60,313 bases of DNA from a virus (IMGVR_UViG_3300047476_000372:1-60313), one strand, 5' to 3'. Positions 9,304 to 18,215 are shown, counted from the first letter of the stretch. Made by a program: numbers and translations. The notes: generated by a model not told the origin, from the sequence alone.

Positions 9304-10335
9304 TCAGAAGATATGTGATATCCTAGCTATCTGACCCTGTTCTGGGTGGTGTATAAAGGCGTCCACACCTTTTGGACTATGCTGGTAACCATTTCGTGAA
9401 TGCCACCCATCTGTTCCTGACGGACTTCTCATAGACTCAACAGTAACACCCATGTAATCCTTTGATTTCTTGTGGTGTATGTGGTGTGTATAAAAATATT
9501 TATGTTTACACTGAGACCAATCTGCACCAGTCTCGTGAGCCATTAGGAGGGCTAAATCTGTTTCCTTAGCACCGTCACCATGTGTAGTACCTATAAGGTT
9601 ATTATGGTATCTAAAATACTTCCTGTGGGCAATAGATACATTGAATGTAACTTGTTTGCTGTTCGAGAACCAAGAACTTATGGTATCTGCTAGGAAGAAA
9701 CCGGATGTGTAATCGTGGTTAGATGGGTCGTATTGTACATAAACATCGGCTACCTGCATAAGCATTTCAATAACAGATACATGTAACCACTTGGCAGTCA
9801 AGAAGTTCTCGTGCCACATACCTTCAGTATCCTGTGGGGTTCCGCTTGTAGTTGTACGTCTTGGCGTATCTGTATGTAATATATCGTTACCTATGATGTA
9901 CATAATCTTGTCTACATTAAAGCCCTGAGACTTTGTAAGTATATCTTTAACAGCTGTAGATACTCTTGTAACAGCTATGGCAGGATTATAATCTTCCCCA
10001 GTTTCTGACTTCACAGCAAGCTTACCTATGTGTATATCTGCTGGGTCTATAACCAGTAGGTGTGGTGACTTGTGTTTTTCTCTCTTTACGGCAGGATACT
10101 TAGGAGCATATGTCTTCATCTCCTCTACAATCATGTCTTTGACATCTGTGTAGGATACTATTGGATTCTTTACATTTATAGAGAAGTTCTCTCCTTTATA
10201 CCAGTAGTGCTTTACATCTTCAACAGGTATACCTTTTTCTTTACATTCTTGTTCTAGTGCTGTGTGTCTGTTTCTTATCTGAAGAAGCATGTTAAATTCA
10301 TCTTCAGTGATTCGAGGTCTAAACTGTTTAGGCAT
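9304..10335 (-). CDS. Calcineurin-like metallophosphoesterase / nuclease
   Basis: DIHIG, GND, SNHD, HGD and HHIH motifs. Confidence 0.85.
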   Translation of the reverse strand: MPKQFRPRITEDEFNMLLQIRNRHTALEQECKEKGIPVEDVKHYWYKGENFSINVKNPIVSYTDVKDMIVEEMKTYAPKYPAVKREKHKSPHLLVIDPADIHIGKLAVKSETGEDYNPAIAVTRVSTAVKDILTKSQGFNVDKIMYIIGNDILHTDTPRRTTTSGTPQDTEGMWHENFLTAKWLHVSVIEMLMQVADVYVQYDPSNHDYTSGFFLADTISSWFSNSKQVTFNVSIAHRKYFRYHNNLIGTTHGDGAKETDLALLMAHETGADWSQCKHKYFYTHHIHHKKSKDYMGVTVESMRSPSGTDGWHSRNGYQHSPKGVDAFIHHPEQGQIARISHIF

Positions 10336-10362
10336 ATTGGTTATGTTGGATTGTTTGCTAAA

Positions 10363-10728
10363 TTACAACTTTTTTATTATTTGCAAAACTTCTCCACATT
10401 CTTTCTGATTCTTAGGGAAGTGTATCTCAGGTGTCTTCCCAGACTGAAACAGAACGTATTTAATCAATTTCCACTTCAATTTATTATCTGCTCTCTGGAA
10501 TCCTTTTGTATCTACTATAATATTCTTACCATGCTTTGTAAAATCAAAGTCCACAGTCAGGGTCATTGCCCTAACCGTGGCTTTGTTGTACTTGAATGAT
10601 GGGTGCAAGGTATATGTCACTTGAAAGTCAAACTTTATTTTTTCCTTCTTAAGGAGTTCATAAAAGTATAACTCAAGCTTTGAGTCGAATTTCTCTCCGT
10701 ACTTATATTGTTTAGTTATTCTCTTCAA
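10363..10728 (-). CDS. DUF1064-like PD-(D/E)XK nuclease
   Basis: FDSKLE..FY..L, VDF...IVDTKG. Confidence 0.8.
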   Translation of the reverse strand: MKRITKQYKYGEKFDSKLELYFYELLKKEKIKFDFQVTYTLHPSFKYNKATVRAMTLTVDFDFTKHGKNIIVDTKGFQRADNKLKWKLIKYVLFQSGKTPEIHFPKNQKECGEVLQIIKKL

Positions 10729-10927
10729 AGTCGAAGCTTATTTTACCCGGTTCAGCAGGTGTGTTTTCGTCTGCGTATCTGTACATTGCATTTACTATAG
10801 ACATATTGTGAAATTCTAATGCTTTCATGATAGAACCAAAAGCCCTAACAGCCTCTTCTGCTGTGTGTTCGTTGTCTAACTCTATAGTAATAACTGTTCC
10901 GTAATTCTCTCCTTGATACTTTGCCAT
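10712..10927 (-). CDS. Hypothetical protein
   Basis: Packed in operon. Confidence 0.7.
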   Translation of the reverse strand: MAKYQGENYGTVITIELDNEHTAEEAVRAFGSIMKALEFHNMSIVNAMYRYADENTPAEPGKISFDFEENN

Positions 10928-10932
10928 ATTAT

Positions 10933-11175
10933 TTATTTTAATGTTGTCATATGAATTGGTGTAAACTCTCCTACATGAGTAGAAAGTATATTATACTCTG
11001 CGTAATCGATAGCTTCGTCTAGCGTCATGTCGCTATTAGCCATCAATAACTCATGAATCTTAGAGATATCGTATACTACGTGACCGTTTGTAGTCATTCC
11101 TATTATAGCTTCGTCTAGTCCATCCCACATGATGGCATCTGGATTATACATAGCTATGTCTTCTCTTGTAATCAT
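10933..11175 (-). CDS. Conserved phage hypothetical protein
   Basis: DGLDEAIIG...VYD...EAIDY.EYNI...GE.TP pattern common in aquatic phages. Confidence 0.75.
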   Translation of the reverse strand: MITREDIAMYNPDAIMWDGLDEAIIGMTTNGHVVYDISKIHELLMANSDMTLDEAIDYAEYNILSTHVGEFTPIHMTTLK

Positions 11176-11570
11176 ATCATATTGATTTCAGATTTACAAT
11201 AGGATAGTGCGCTTCTTAAAAGGTCATGCTTGTAGTGAGCTTCTTTAATAAGGTACTCACAAAGGTTATTGTAGAACGAGCAGTCACCAATCTCGTATGC
11301 TATGATAACCTTCTTCTCAGTAGCAGACATGTCATCATTGTTCAGGTTCATCATCTTCTGAAAAGATAGCTTCTCAGTAAGGAACTGAAACTGTGCTTTG
11401 CATGTTGCTCCGATAGCCATGACTCCTGTAAGTTCTGTCATGTGAGCAACAATCTCAGATGGATTAGCGCAGTCTACCTGCTTTGCAACAACAGACCTAA
11501 AACTTTCGTAGCTTGTTACGGCTCTTTCAAATGCAGACTGTAGTGCTGCGTCCTTAAATACTTCTTTCAT
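11172..11570 (-). CDS. Hypothetical helical protein
   Basis: Overlap-coupled ORF. Confidence 0.7.
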   Translation of the reverse strand: MKEVFKDAALQSAFERAVTSYESFRSVVAKQVDCANPSEIVAHMTELTGVMAIGATCKAQFQFLTEKLSFQKMMNLNNDDMSATEKKVIIAYEIGDCSFYNNLCEYLIKEAHYKHDLLRSALSYCKSEINMI

Positions 11571-11931
11571 ATAGTTGTTTTATGTTTACAAGAATCATCT
11601 CTGAATTATTACCGTCTCCACCGGATACAACACGTCCAAGACGATAGTTCTTTCTAGCTACCTCTTTTAGGTCATCAGTTTGTATCATGATTATAATCAT
11701 CCCGTTTAAAAGTACAAAAGCCCAGTAGTCAGCTTCAGTTGTAGATATACCACTCCTCCTACCATTACACCTAAACTCTACAGCTACATTACCTGTAACG
11801 TGAGCTAATCTATCAGTCTTAACTTCTACCTTCTTTGCACCATTGAGTATAGATAACAGCTTTGATTCACCTGCTTCCCCATACTCTAGGTCTAAGTCGA
11901 AATTCTTTTGGCTACTTCCTACTTGTTTCAT
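11554..11931 (-). CDS. Restriction-endonuclease-fold (PD-(D/E)XK) protein
   Basis: FDLDL.YG..GE, VEVKTD, TGNVAVE, SGI.TT.ADYW. Confidence 0.7.
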   Translation of the reverse strand: MKQVGSSQKNFDLDLEYGEAGESKLLSILNGAKKVEVKTDRLAHVTGNVAVEFRCNGRRSGISTTEADYWAFVLLNGMIIIMIQTDDLKEVARKNYRLGRVVSGGDGNNSEMILVNIKQLYERSI

Positions 11932-12151
11932 AGCGAACTGCTACTTCTTTTTTTAAGTTTGGTGAGAATATTCTCCTCCTGTTCCTTATGGCAATCCGTA
12001 TCGCATTTTGCCCAACGCCAAGAACCTGACACGCTTTCTTTATGGAGTCATAGTTTTTGGCTTTCTTCTTTCTTTCTTCTAAGCTTTCTATCGTTACGTC
12101 ATAAACAACAACTGGAACCCTGTCCTCTATAATGAAATCGTATCCCTTCAT
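11912..12151 (-). CDS. Small HTH (NUMOD1-like) protein
   Basis: YDSIKKACQVLGVGQNAIR. Confidence 0.55.
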   Translation of the reverse strand: MKGYDFIIEDRVPVVVYDVTIESLEERKKKAKNYDSIKKACQVLGVGQNAIRIAIRNRRRIFSPNLKKEVAVRYETSRK

Positions 12152-13959
12152 ACTTTATATCCGTGAATTAAAAGTTCTCTATCTCTATTAAATGGCTGTG
12201 TGCCGTCTTCATTTACAAATTCTACCTTGTCTACCATTCTAAGTATTACAGGCTCTGCTCTATGTGTAGGCCTACCACCAGTGTCATCATTCCTAACCTT
12301 ATCAACAGATATTTGAGTATACATAAACTCATTGTTATCTTTAATCTTCCTGTGTATGGTTATGAAGTTGTCACACCTGTTATACAGTGCACTACCACCT
12401 TCAGCATCTGTTGCATGTGGCATTACTTGGTTACCTTGACCATCCTTCTCTCTCTGTGCAGCTGTAGTAGTGTGAACAGAAAGGAATAGTGAAGTGTTAT
12501 ACTTCTTGGTAAATGTAAGCATGGCACTGTATGCTTCATAGTCGTAGGTATATTTACTAGCGTTACCAACTAACTCCATCTTAAGTGAATTATATGGGTC
12601 TATAAATATTCCTTTCAGCGACTTATACTCCATCAACTTTACGGCATGGTTTAGAATATCCTTGTAGCTGTACAGCTCATTGCTTGATAGCAGGAAGAAG
12701 TGGTCATCTACAAACTTGAGTGAGAGCTTCTGCTCGTACTCTGTAAACTTCTGTATCCTCTTGCCTACAAGGAACTGCATAAGCTTAATCTTGACAGATG
12801 CTGAACTGTTCTCTCCACAGTATACCATGAAGTTCCAGTTATACTTTAGTGCTGCCAAGAACAAGAACCACAATGTAAGTGTTGACTTACCAATATGAGA
12901 GTGACCAAGTATTGCATAGAACTCACCCTCTTTTAAGAGCACGTGTTCATCTAGTGCATAGTGACCGAATGGAAGACCTTGAGGTATCAATCCAAGTCTG
13001 AAGTTGTGTATATATTCTTCATCAGTCTTGTTGTTGGTAAGGAAGTTTAGTTCCTCCTCCATCAGGCCTAAGTCATCAATAGCAGCCTTATACTCTAACT
13101 CGATATTGGATATTGGCATAGTCATGCCATGCTTCAATCCATCTTTAATAGTAGAGTATGCTAGGTTGATGTTGTCTACGTTTCTCCTGCTAATCTCGTG
13201 TCTTAGAGAATACTCTGCTACATCGTACTCAACAGTTTCCGTAGCTACGAATCCACCTAGAAGGTTAGCTGCTCTTAGTAGAGTGTTATGCTTCTCTCCA
13301 TCAGGAGCGTTACGTATCATTCTACAAGCAATGTCTACCTTTCTATAGTCAGTATTGCCATCACCCTTGCCGTACACAACAGCTGCTTTCTGTTCTGTTT
13401 CTATGTCATAGAACGTATCGCACTTATGGTTTATATATATATCTGGGTCGTAAGATACGTATAGAACCCTTGAAGGGTTTTGTGCTGTCTTATCTAAATC
13501 AGGAATGTGATTAGATAGAGCTCGATAGTGCTGCGTGTGTTTGTTTGGGTCTGCAATCTTTACTAGTCCGTGTAGACCTTGACCGGAAGATGACTTCCAT
13601 AAAGCATAGATGAATGGGAGGCTTTTTAGTTCCTCCCTTCTTCCATCTATGTTATCCAGCTTATCTATGTCTATGGGTACGAAGCCACTGTGTTTCTTTA
13701 GAGACCTATCGTCTCTGAATGATATATACTTTATACCATCCTTCTCTTTCTCTACTCCATTCGTAAATTCTCCGCAGAATAATACGCATGGTAGCTTTGA
13801 TTTCAACTTTCTCCTTCTGTCGTCATCTATACCTGAACGTATCTCTTCTATCCTGTCCTTATACTTACCGGACTTGATAGCCTCTAATACAGTTTCTAGA
13901 TTTACGACGTAGGGGTTTGTGATGGACTGGATGTCCTGAAACATAGTAACCATAAGCAA
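12148..13959 (-). CDS. Primase-helicase: BT4734/VirE-N-like primase domain fused to a DnaB-like helicase
   Basis: K..LP, HSGF..IDID, S.SG.GLH, D.....SR..YVSYDP; Walker A GHSHIGKS, Walker B IFIDPYN. Confidence 0.85.
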   Translation of the reverse strand: MLMVTMFQDIQSITNPYVVNLETVLEAIKSGKYKDRIEEIRSGIDDDRRRKLKSKLPCVLFCGEFTNGVEKEKDGIKYISFRDDRSLKKHSGFVPIDIDKLDNIDGRREELKSLPFIYALWKSSSGQGLHGLVKIADPNKHTQHYRALSNHIPDLDKTAQNPSRVLYVSYDPDIYINHKCDTFYDIETEQKAAVVYGKGDGNTDYRKVDIACRMIRNAPDGEKHNTLLRAANLLGGFVATETVEYDVAEYSLRHEISRRNVDNINLAYSTIKDGLKHGMTMPISNIELEYKAAIDDLGLMEEELNFLTNNKTDEEYIHNFRLGLIPQGLPFGHYALDEHVLLKEGEFYAILGHSHIGKSTLTLWFLFLAALKYNWNFMVYCGENSSASVKIKLMQFLVGKRIQKFTEYEQKLSLKFVDDHFFLLSSNELYSYKDILNHAVKLMEYKSLKGIFIDPYNSLKMELVGNASKYTYDYEAYSAMLTFTKKYNTSLFLSVHTTTAAQREKDGQGNQVMPHATDAEGGSALYNRCDNFITIHRKIKDNNEFMYTQISVDKVRNDDTGGRPTHRAEPVILRMVDKVEFVNEDGTQPFNRDRELLIHGYKV

Positions 13960-13973
13960 TATAAGTTTTCAAT

Positions 13974-14234
13974 TTAGAATGGCAGACTGTCTGTGTCAAC
14001 CTTAGCTGTGGTGTTGTTAGTAACAGCTGGTTGTTCGTTAGACTCTGGCTTTACGTATGTATCAATGTACACGTTAAAGTCAGGAGACTTGCCACTACTC
14101 TTGTACTTGTTAGGCCATGCAGTGTAGCGTACTCCATTAACTGAAAAACTTAATACTTCAGATGAAGTACCATCTTTCATTCTGACATTTTTCTTCCAAA
14201 TGCCAAACTCTGATTTTCTTTTTGCTTCGCTCAT
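13974..14234 (-). CDS. Putative ssDNA-binding protein
   Basis: NKYK...KSPDF motif and acidic C-terminal DSLPF tail. Confidence 0.6.
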   Translation of the reverse strand: MSEAKRKSEFGIWKKNVRMKDGTSSEVLSFSVNGVRYTAWPNKYKSSGKSPDFNVYIDTYVKPESNEQPAVTNNTTAKVDTDSLPF

Positions 14235-14257
14235 ATTTATTGGTTTTAATTGATTAC

Positions 14258-14287
14258 AAAATAAAGCCCAGCCTAGACAAGCCGGGC
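14258..14287 (-). terminator. Terminator-like hairpin
   Basis: GCCCGGCTT-GTCT-AGGCTGGGC followed by TTTATTTT on the minus strand. Confidence 0.6.
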
Positions 14288-14303
14288 GTATTGCTTATGA
14301 AAC

Positions 14304-14573
14304 TTATGGTTTGACTAGTGGCTCCCAGAGCCTCTTCTTAGAAGGGTCAGGCACTACGTTAATTTCTACGTCCATGCCATATTCGTTTATTACATCTATG
14401 ATTGCACCTAGAGAAACTGTTCTAGGCCCACCTGTAGGTGTGGTATACTTACCATCGTAGTTGGCAAAGAACCAATAGTGCTTCTTCTTATTGGTTGCCT
14501 CTATCGAGTCCAAGACTTCTGCGAGTCTAGGGTGCTTCTGTTTTAGTTTTGATTTGGTTATTCCCCTGCTCAT
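14304..14573 (-). CDS. Hypothetical protein
   Basis: ORF in operon. Confidence 0.7.
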   Translation of the reverse strand: MSRGITKSKLKQKHPRLAEVLDSIEATNKKKHYWFFANYDGKYTTPTGGPRTVSLGAIIDVINEYGMDVEINVVPDPSKKRLWEPLVKP

Positions 14574-14574
14574 G

Positions 14575-14937
14575 TTATATTATTGATATCAGCTTGATGT
14601 ATTTCAGCTTACCGTTTACAATCTTACATTGAAATGTATACATACTCTCGTATGGTTTACCATAAAATATTACAATACCTGTAAATTTTGATGGCTTGCG
14701 TCCGTCTTCTACAACCTGTAGTATTTTGCTGAATAGTCCACCATCTGAGTCTACTAATTCGTAGTGGTAGTCATCAAAAAATAACTCTCCATCTTCGTCA
14801 ATGATAAATGTAAGATACTCCCTATCCATGTCCTTGGTCTGAAACTCAAGGCCTATAAGGTCTAGGATATCATCCTCAGTCATGCCACCTATATTAAAGT
14901 GTTTATGATGGATATATATATAATCGTATCTCGACAT
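14575..14937 (-). CDS. Conserved phage hypothetical protein
   Basis: M..YD...FQTKD...FTG...FY pattern. Confidence 0.7.
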   Translation of the reverse strand: MSRYDYIYIHHKHFNIGGMTEDDILDLIGLEFQTKDMDREYLTFIIDEDGELFFDDYHYELVDSDGGLFSKILQVVEDGRKPSKFTGIVIFYGKPYESMYTFQCKIVNGKLKYIKLISII

Positions 14938-14942
14938 CTATG

Positions 14943-14973
14943 CAAATCTACAAACTATTTGTATATCAGCAAA
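14943..14973 (-). promoter_or_regulatory. Bacteroidota promoter TTTG-N19-TAGATTTG
   Basis: Full -33/-7 consensus. Confidence 0.8.
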
Positions 14974-14974
14974 A

Positions 14975-15736
14975 TTACTTTTCCACAGACCAAGGTAGGT
15001 CTATTGTAATTACATTGTTGTAATCGTATCCTCCTGTGAAGTCACCGCTTTCTAGACACTTATGGAATCTGTTGTTTAGTTCTGATACATCCTTCTTTCC
15101 TAAGTCTACGTATCTTGTATCGGCATATGCTAGATAGGAAAGATATGGAGAAGATGTCTCTACAATTAGATATAGAACTTTCTTTCCTGATACTTGATTG
15201 TAGATGCCTGCCTGCATGTGATACTTACGTTTGATGAAGTCACTCATAACAGCTTTAGGATGTCCATCAGTTATTGTCTTGACTTCAAGTATGTAGTCAT
15301 CTGACTCACCATCAAAGAATCCTCTATATGGTAGGCCGTCCACTTCCATTCTCCACTCTCTCTCGAAACTTGTGCAGGACATAACTGTGTCGTATATCAA
15401 GTCGTTACATAGAACTCCATCTACCAGCTTTCTAGCATGTTCGTAGTCTTCGTTATTTACGATAGTCTTACCTGCATGTAGGTTAGCGAACTGAATCCAC
15501 TCTTCCTTGCCTGCATTAGTCCTCTTGTTAATATCAGGAGCAACAGCAAACTGTTCATTGAACAGATAGGGTGTTAAAATCATGCAGTGCACCATAGAGC
15601 CTAGCTTCATAGCATCAGTAGGTGGTGTCCTTTCCTTTGATATGTAGTCAAGGTAGTGTCTAGGAGACTTAGCAAATTCTTTGATAGAGCTAAAACTTAG
15701 AGGCCTTTCTTCTAGTGTCTGTCTAGTTATTATCAT
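14975..15736 (-). CDS. RecE/exonuclease VIII-like PD-(D/E)XK exonuclease (DUF3799-like)
   Basis: LSFSSIK...SP.HY, GSMVH, RTNAGKE, D...EVKT, Y..QA..Y. Confidence 0.85.
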   Translation of the reverse strand: MIITRQTLEERPLSFSSIKEFAKSPRHYLDYISKERTPPTDAMKLGSMVHCMILTPYLFNEQFAVAPDINKRTNAGKEEWIQFANLHAGKTIVNNEDYEHARKLVDGVLCNDLIYDTVMSCTSFEREWRMEVDGLPYRGFFDGESDDYILEVKTITDGHPKAVMSDFIKRKYHMQAGIYNQVSGKKVLYLIVETSSPYLSYLAYADTRYVDLGKKDVSELNNRFHKCLESGDFTGGYDYNNVITIDLPWSVEK

Positions 15737-15854
15737 GGTTATTGTTTTTCATATCTATTATGTTACCATCGTCATCCATGTATGGAGCGTTGTATAGTTC
15801 GTAACTAAGCCATCCTATAAATAGGAGGAGAACTGAGATTATTAGTATTGTCAT
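15723..15854 (-). CDS. Small membrane protein (43 aa)
   Basis: MTILIISVLLLFIGWLSYELYNAP...; coupled to both neighbours. Confidence 0.55.
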   Translation of the reverse strand: MTILIISVLLLFIGWLSYELYNAPYMDDDGNIIDMKNNNHDNN

Positions 15855-16192
15855 GGGTTATATTTTACTGCGTGACCTGATTGTACCATTATATTGTTAA
15901 CACTATCCTCTACACCATTTTTGAGTATAGTAACCAGAGGCCTACCATACTTATCTAGTTCGTGACTGATTATGTTATATCTCTCTCCAACAGTTACTAG
16001 TTCAGATAGGTGTGAAACAGCTTGCTTTGCCCTGTTTCTTTCGTCCTCATCTTTGCTGTTAAGTTCTGGAGTATTTATTCCGTACAGTCTACAATTAGCT
16101 TTTATCCATACCCTAAATCCTAAGTCTATATTCATGTTGATGGTGTCTCCATCTACTATCTTTTCTACGATAGCTCTATATGTCATCATCAT
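15851..16192 (-). CDS. Thermonuclease (SNase-like)
   Basis: VDGDT, RLYGINTPE, DKYGR, N..MV..GHA. Confidence 0.92.
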   Translation of the reverse strand: MMMTYRAIVEKIVDGDTINMNIDLGFRVWIKANCRLYGINTPELNSKDEDERNRAKQAVSHLSELVTVGERYNIISHELDKYGRPLVTILKNGVEDSVNNIMVQSGHAVKYNP

Positions 16193-16195
16193 ATG

Positions 16196-16279
16196 TTAAA
16201 ATTTACCTGTTCCTGATTTTTCCATTAATGTAATTCTATAATCTTCTAACCATCTTAAGAAGTCAATTATCTTTTTCAT
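16196..16279 (-). CDS. Very small hypothetical protein (27 aa)
   Basis: MKKIIDFLRWLEDYRI...; fills the gap. Confidence 0.4.
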   Translation of the reverse strand: MKKIIDFLRWLEDYRITLMEKSGTGKF

Positions 16280-16592
16280 TGTTATAAGTTTCGTTGTAGT
16301 AATATTCTGAATTGTCAGTTAACTCACATTCATAAACCCAATCATTACTTCCATTTGCACCACCAATAGCATAAGCTCTATCCCAAGCCTTCATTATCTG
16401 CTCCTTCTCCATTGCTTTGGCTTGTTCAATTAATTCAATAGATACATAAGTTTGACCAAAAGCTATTTGGTATGCATCATTATTGATTTGTTCAATCAAC
16501 CAATCTACTGCCGTTTGTTGCTTATACAACCCATCCTTAGAATCCTCGTTCATTATTTCCGTTATTAGTTTCTTTTGTTGTTTCTTATCCAT
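16263..16592 (-). CDS. Hypothetical protein (QTAVxWL...AKxMEKEQI...YYNETY family)
   Basis: Motif common in Bacteroidota phages; start placed at MDKK. Confidence 0.7.
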   Translation of the reverse strand: MDKKQQKKLITEIMNEDSKDGLYKQQTAVDWLIEQINNDAYQIAFGQTYVSIELIEQAKAMEKEQIMKAWDRAYAIGGANGSNDWVYECELTDNSEYYYNETYNNEKDN

Positions 16593-16598
16593 ATTGTT

Positions 16599-16759
16599 TA
16601 TTATTATGTACAAAATGATTAATAATGTTTGAAATAACGGACAAAATCCGAATTATATTACCTTTTATGACAACTTATGTAATATTTTAGTATATAATTC
16701 GGTGATAATCAGTATTATATGACTGATTTTTGCATGAATTTTCAATGAGATTTCATGCA
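16599..16759. repeat. Array of adjacent, mutually different imperfect palindromes
   Basis: TGCATGAA..TTCATGCA (16731-16759), AATCAGT..ACTGATT (16707-16728), TATTAC..GTAATA (16656-16684), CGGA..TCCG (16638-16650). Confidence 0.55.
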
Positions 16760-16956
16760 TTTTTGTTACCATTTACTATATCAGTAAGCTGTTGAAGTAT
16801 AGATTCTTGTGCTTCACCCCAATAGTGGTCACACTTACCATCTTTGTAAGGAGGATTCATAAAGTAGGATTGGTAATCACTAGCTTCAGTAGTATATCTG
16901 TAACAGTTATCTTTAGCAGGGCATCCAGTACCCCAACATTTCGTTATATCCGGCAT
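16753..16956 (-). CDS. Small Cys-rich protein
   Basis: DITKC.G.GCP.K..CYRY...QSYF...C..YW. Confidence 0.75.
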   Translation of the reverse strand: MPDITKCWGTGCPAKDNCYRYTTEASDYQSYFMNPPYKDGKCDHYWGEAQESILQQLTDIVNGNKNA

Positions 16957-16959
16957 AGT

Positions 16960-17163
16960 TTATAGTTTTTCTATTTCTTGCTTAACTTGTAGCAAATATC
17001 TGTTGAAAAAATCGTCATTATCATTTTCCATTGCTAAATCTACTGCTATTATCGCACATTTTTGTGCAGTTTCTACATCAGCTATGTACATGATTGAGTT
17101 TCTAGATGGTAAAACTTCTAGATACTTGTCTACTAATTGTTCTGCTTTTTCTTTTGGTGTCAT
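16960..17163 (-). CDS. Hypothetical protein (MTPKEKA..L..K...VKQEIEKL family)
   Basis: Recurrent Bacteroidota-phage motif. Confidence 0.75.
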   Translation of the reverse strand: MTPKEKAEQLVDKYLEVLPSRNSIMYIADVETAQKCAIIAVDLAMENDNDDFFNRYLLQVKQEIEKL

Positions 17164-17363
17164 TTGAATAATATTTTAATGTAATGTCTTATAGACCACC
17201 ATATAAGTAGCTTAAGTACATCTCTTTGCTCCTTGTATGATACGTTAAAGAACCTTGCATGTATTCTTACAACCTCTTTCCTTTCATTGTCATCAATAGA
17301 TGATTCAAGTCCGCAATAGTCTATGTCGTTTGAAACTCTAAATCCTTCCATGTATTTTGCCAT
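17160..17363 (-). CDS. Hypothetical protein
   Basis: Coupled ORF. Confidence 0.65.
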   Translation of the reverse strand: MAKYMEGFRVSNDIDYCGLESSIDDNERKEVVRIHARFFNVSYKEQRDVLKLLIWWSIRHYIKILFK

Positions 17364-17374
17364 ATTATTTATTT

Positions 17375-17704
17375 TTAATTACCAAAAATACCTTCCCAAT
17401 ATTCAGCTTCCTGCTTAGGATTATTCACATATTTATTGATGCTTTTAATAGCTTCTTCTACACTAGAAAATGCTATCTTCTTACATCCAACAGACACTAT
17501 GCATCCCACACTAATAAACTCTATACTAATGTTATACCTCATAAGTAGCTCCTGTTTTGTCGGTTCTCTGAACATAAGGCTTGGAACAACTTGAGTGCTG
17601 TAAGATGAACTTGTTATACCTGAGCCAGATAGATTAGAAGATGTGATTGGTTCTGTTGATGCTAAACCTACACTTGATGCTGAATTGATTTGTAGTTTTT
17701 CCAT
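17375..17704 (-). CDS. Hypothetical protein
   Basis: Start moved to MEKLQ because the track's longer N-terminus overlaps the tRNA. Confidence 0.7.
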   Translation of the reverse strand: MEKLQINSASSVGLASTEPITSSNLSGSGITSSSYSTQVVPSLMFREPTKQELLMRYNISIEFISVGCIVSVGCKKIAFSSVEEAIKSINKYVNNPKQEAEYWEGIFGN

Positions 17705-17728
17705 ACTATTTGTTTTTAAAAGTTTTAG

Positions 17729-17800
17729 CACCCGTCTGTGGACTCGAACCACCATCTTCGGTTTTGGACACCGACGTTCTACCAGTTTAACTATACGGGC
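17729..17800 (-). tRNA. tRNA-Trp(CCA), atypical
   Basis: Cloverleaf: D arm GTT..TGGTAGAAC, anticodon arm TCGGT-GTCCAAA-ACCGA, T loop TTCGAGT, discriminator G. Mismatches at 7:66 and 49:65; CCA end not encoded. Confidence 0.75.
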
Positions 17801-17943
17801 TGTACGCATACGTACATTTGTTAAGCAGGGTCTTTCCCTCTTGTCAACAGAGCTTGAAACTTACCTACGCACTGTGAGGTACTCTGTGTGGTTGTTCGCA
17901 TTGCCTAAGCAGTGACATGTATGCCTTCGGTTGCCGTGCGTAT
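17801..17943 (-). ncRNA. Candidate structured RNA (~140 nt, pseudoknot)
   Basis: GCAUAC/GUAUGC, ACAGAG/CUCUGU, UACCU/AGGUA and AGGG/CCCU helices; 5' UACGCAC is complementary to GUGCGUA. Confidence 0.5.
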
Positions 17944-17946
17944 CAG

Positions 17947-18061
17947 CGGTTGGGAAAGGATTCGAACCTTTATGGGTGAAAATTTATACGTCGTTTGACA
18001 CCCTTACTACGCTTAGCGTCTACCACGAGGATGGACACCACCCTCCTTCCGCCACCCAACC
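17947..18061 (-). ncRNA. tRNA-like RNA (Leu-type D arm) with D-loop insertion and no canonical anticodon arm
   Basis: Acceptor GGTTGGG/CCCAACC, T arm AAAGG-TTCGAAT-CCTTT, TGGCGGAA...TGGTAGACGC. Confidence 0.7.
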
Positions 18062-18065
18062 ATGT

Positions 18066-18206
18066 TTGCTACACTCTGGCAGTAGCCTCCCACTTGATAT
18101 CCTTACCTGCATTATTTGAAGGAGTGCTGTTATCGTGGAACAGATACGCAGGATACCTATGTCTAACCCAACCTTAGTGCCGAGGTTCAAGGGATTAATG
18201 ACCCCG
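18066..18206 (-). ncRNA. Candidate structured RNA (~140 nt)
   Basis: Helices GGGG/CCCU, AACCU/AGGUU, CCUGCGU/AUGCAGG, CUGUU/AACAG, GCUAC/GUAGC. Confidence 0.45.
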
Positions 18207-18215
18207 ATAACGCAA

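Noticed and set aside
16599-16759. CRISPR mini-array
   Set aside because: No identical direct repeats with regular spacers here or elsewhere that I could see; no cas genes.
17705-17809. N-terminal extension of ORF 17375..17809, and ORFs 17643-18177 and 18881-19418 on the + strand
   Set aside because: They overlap tRNA or structured RNA and are best explained as chance frames in GC-richer sequence.
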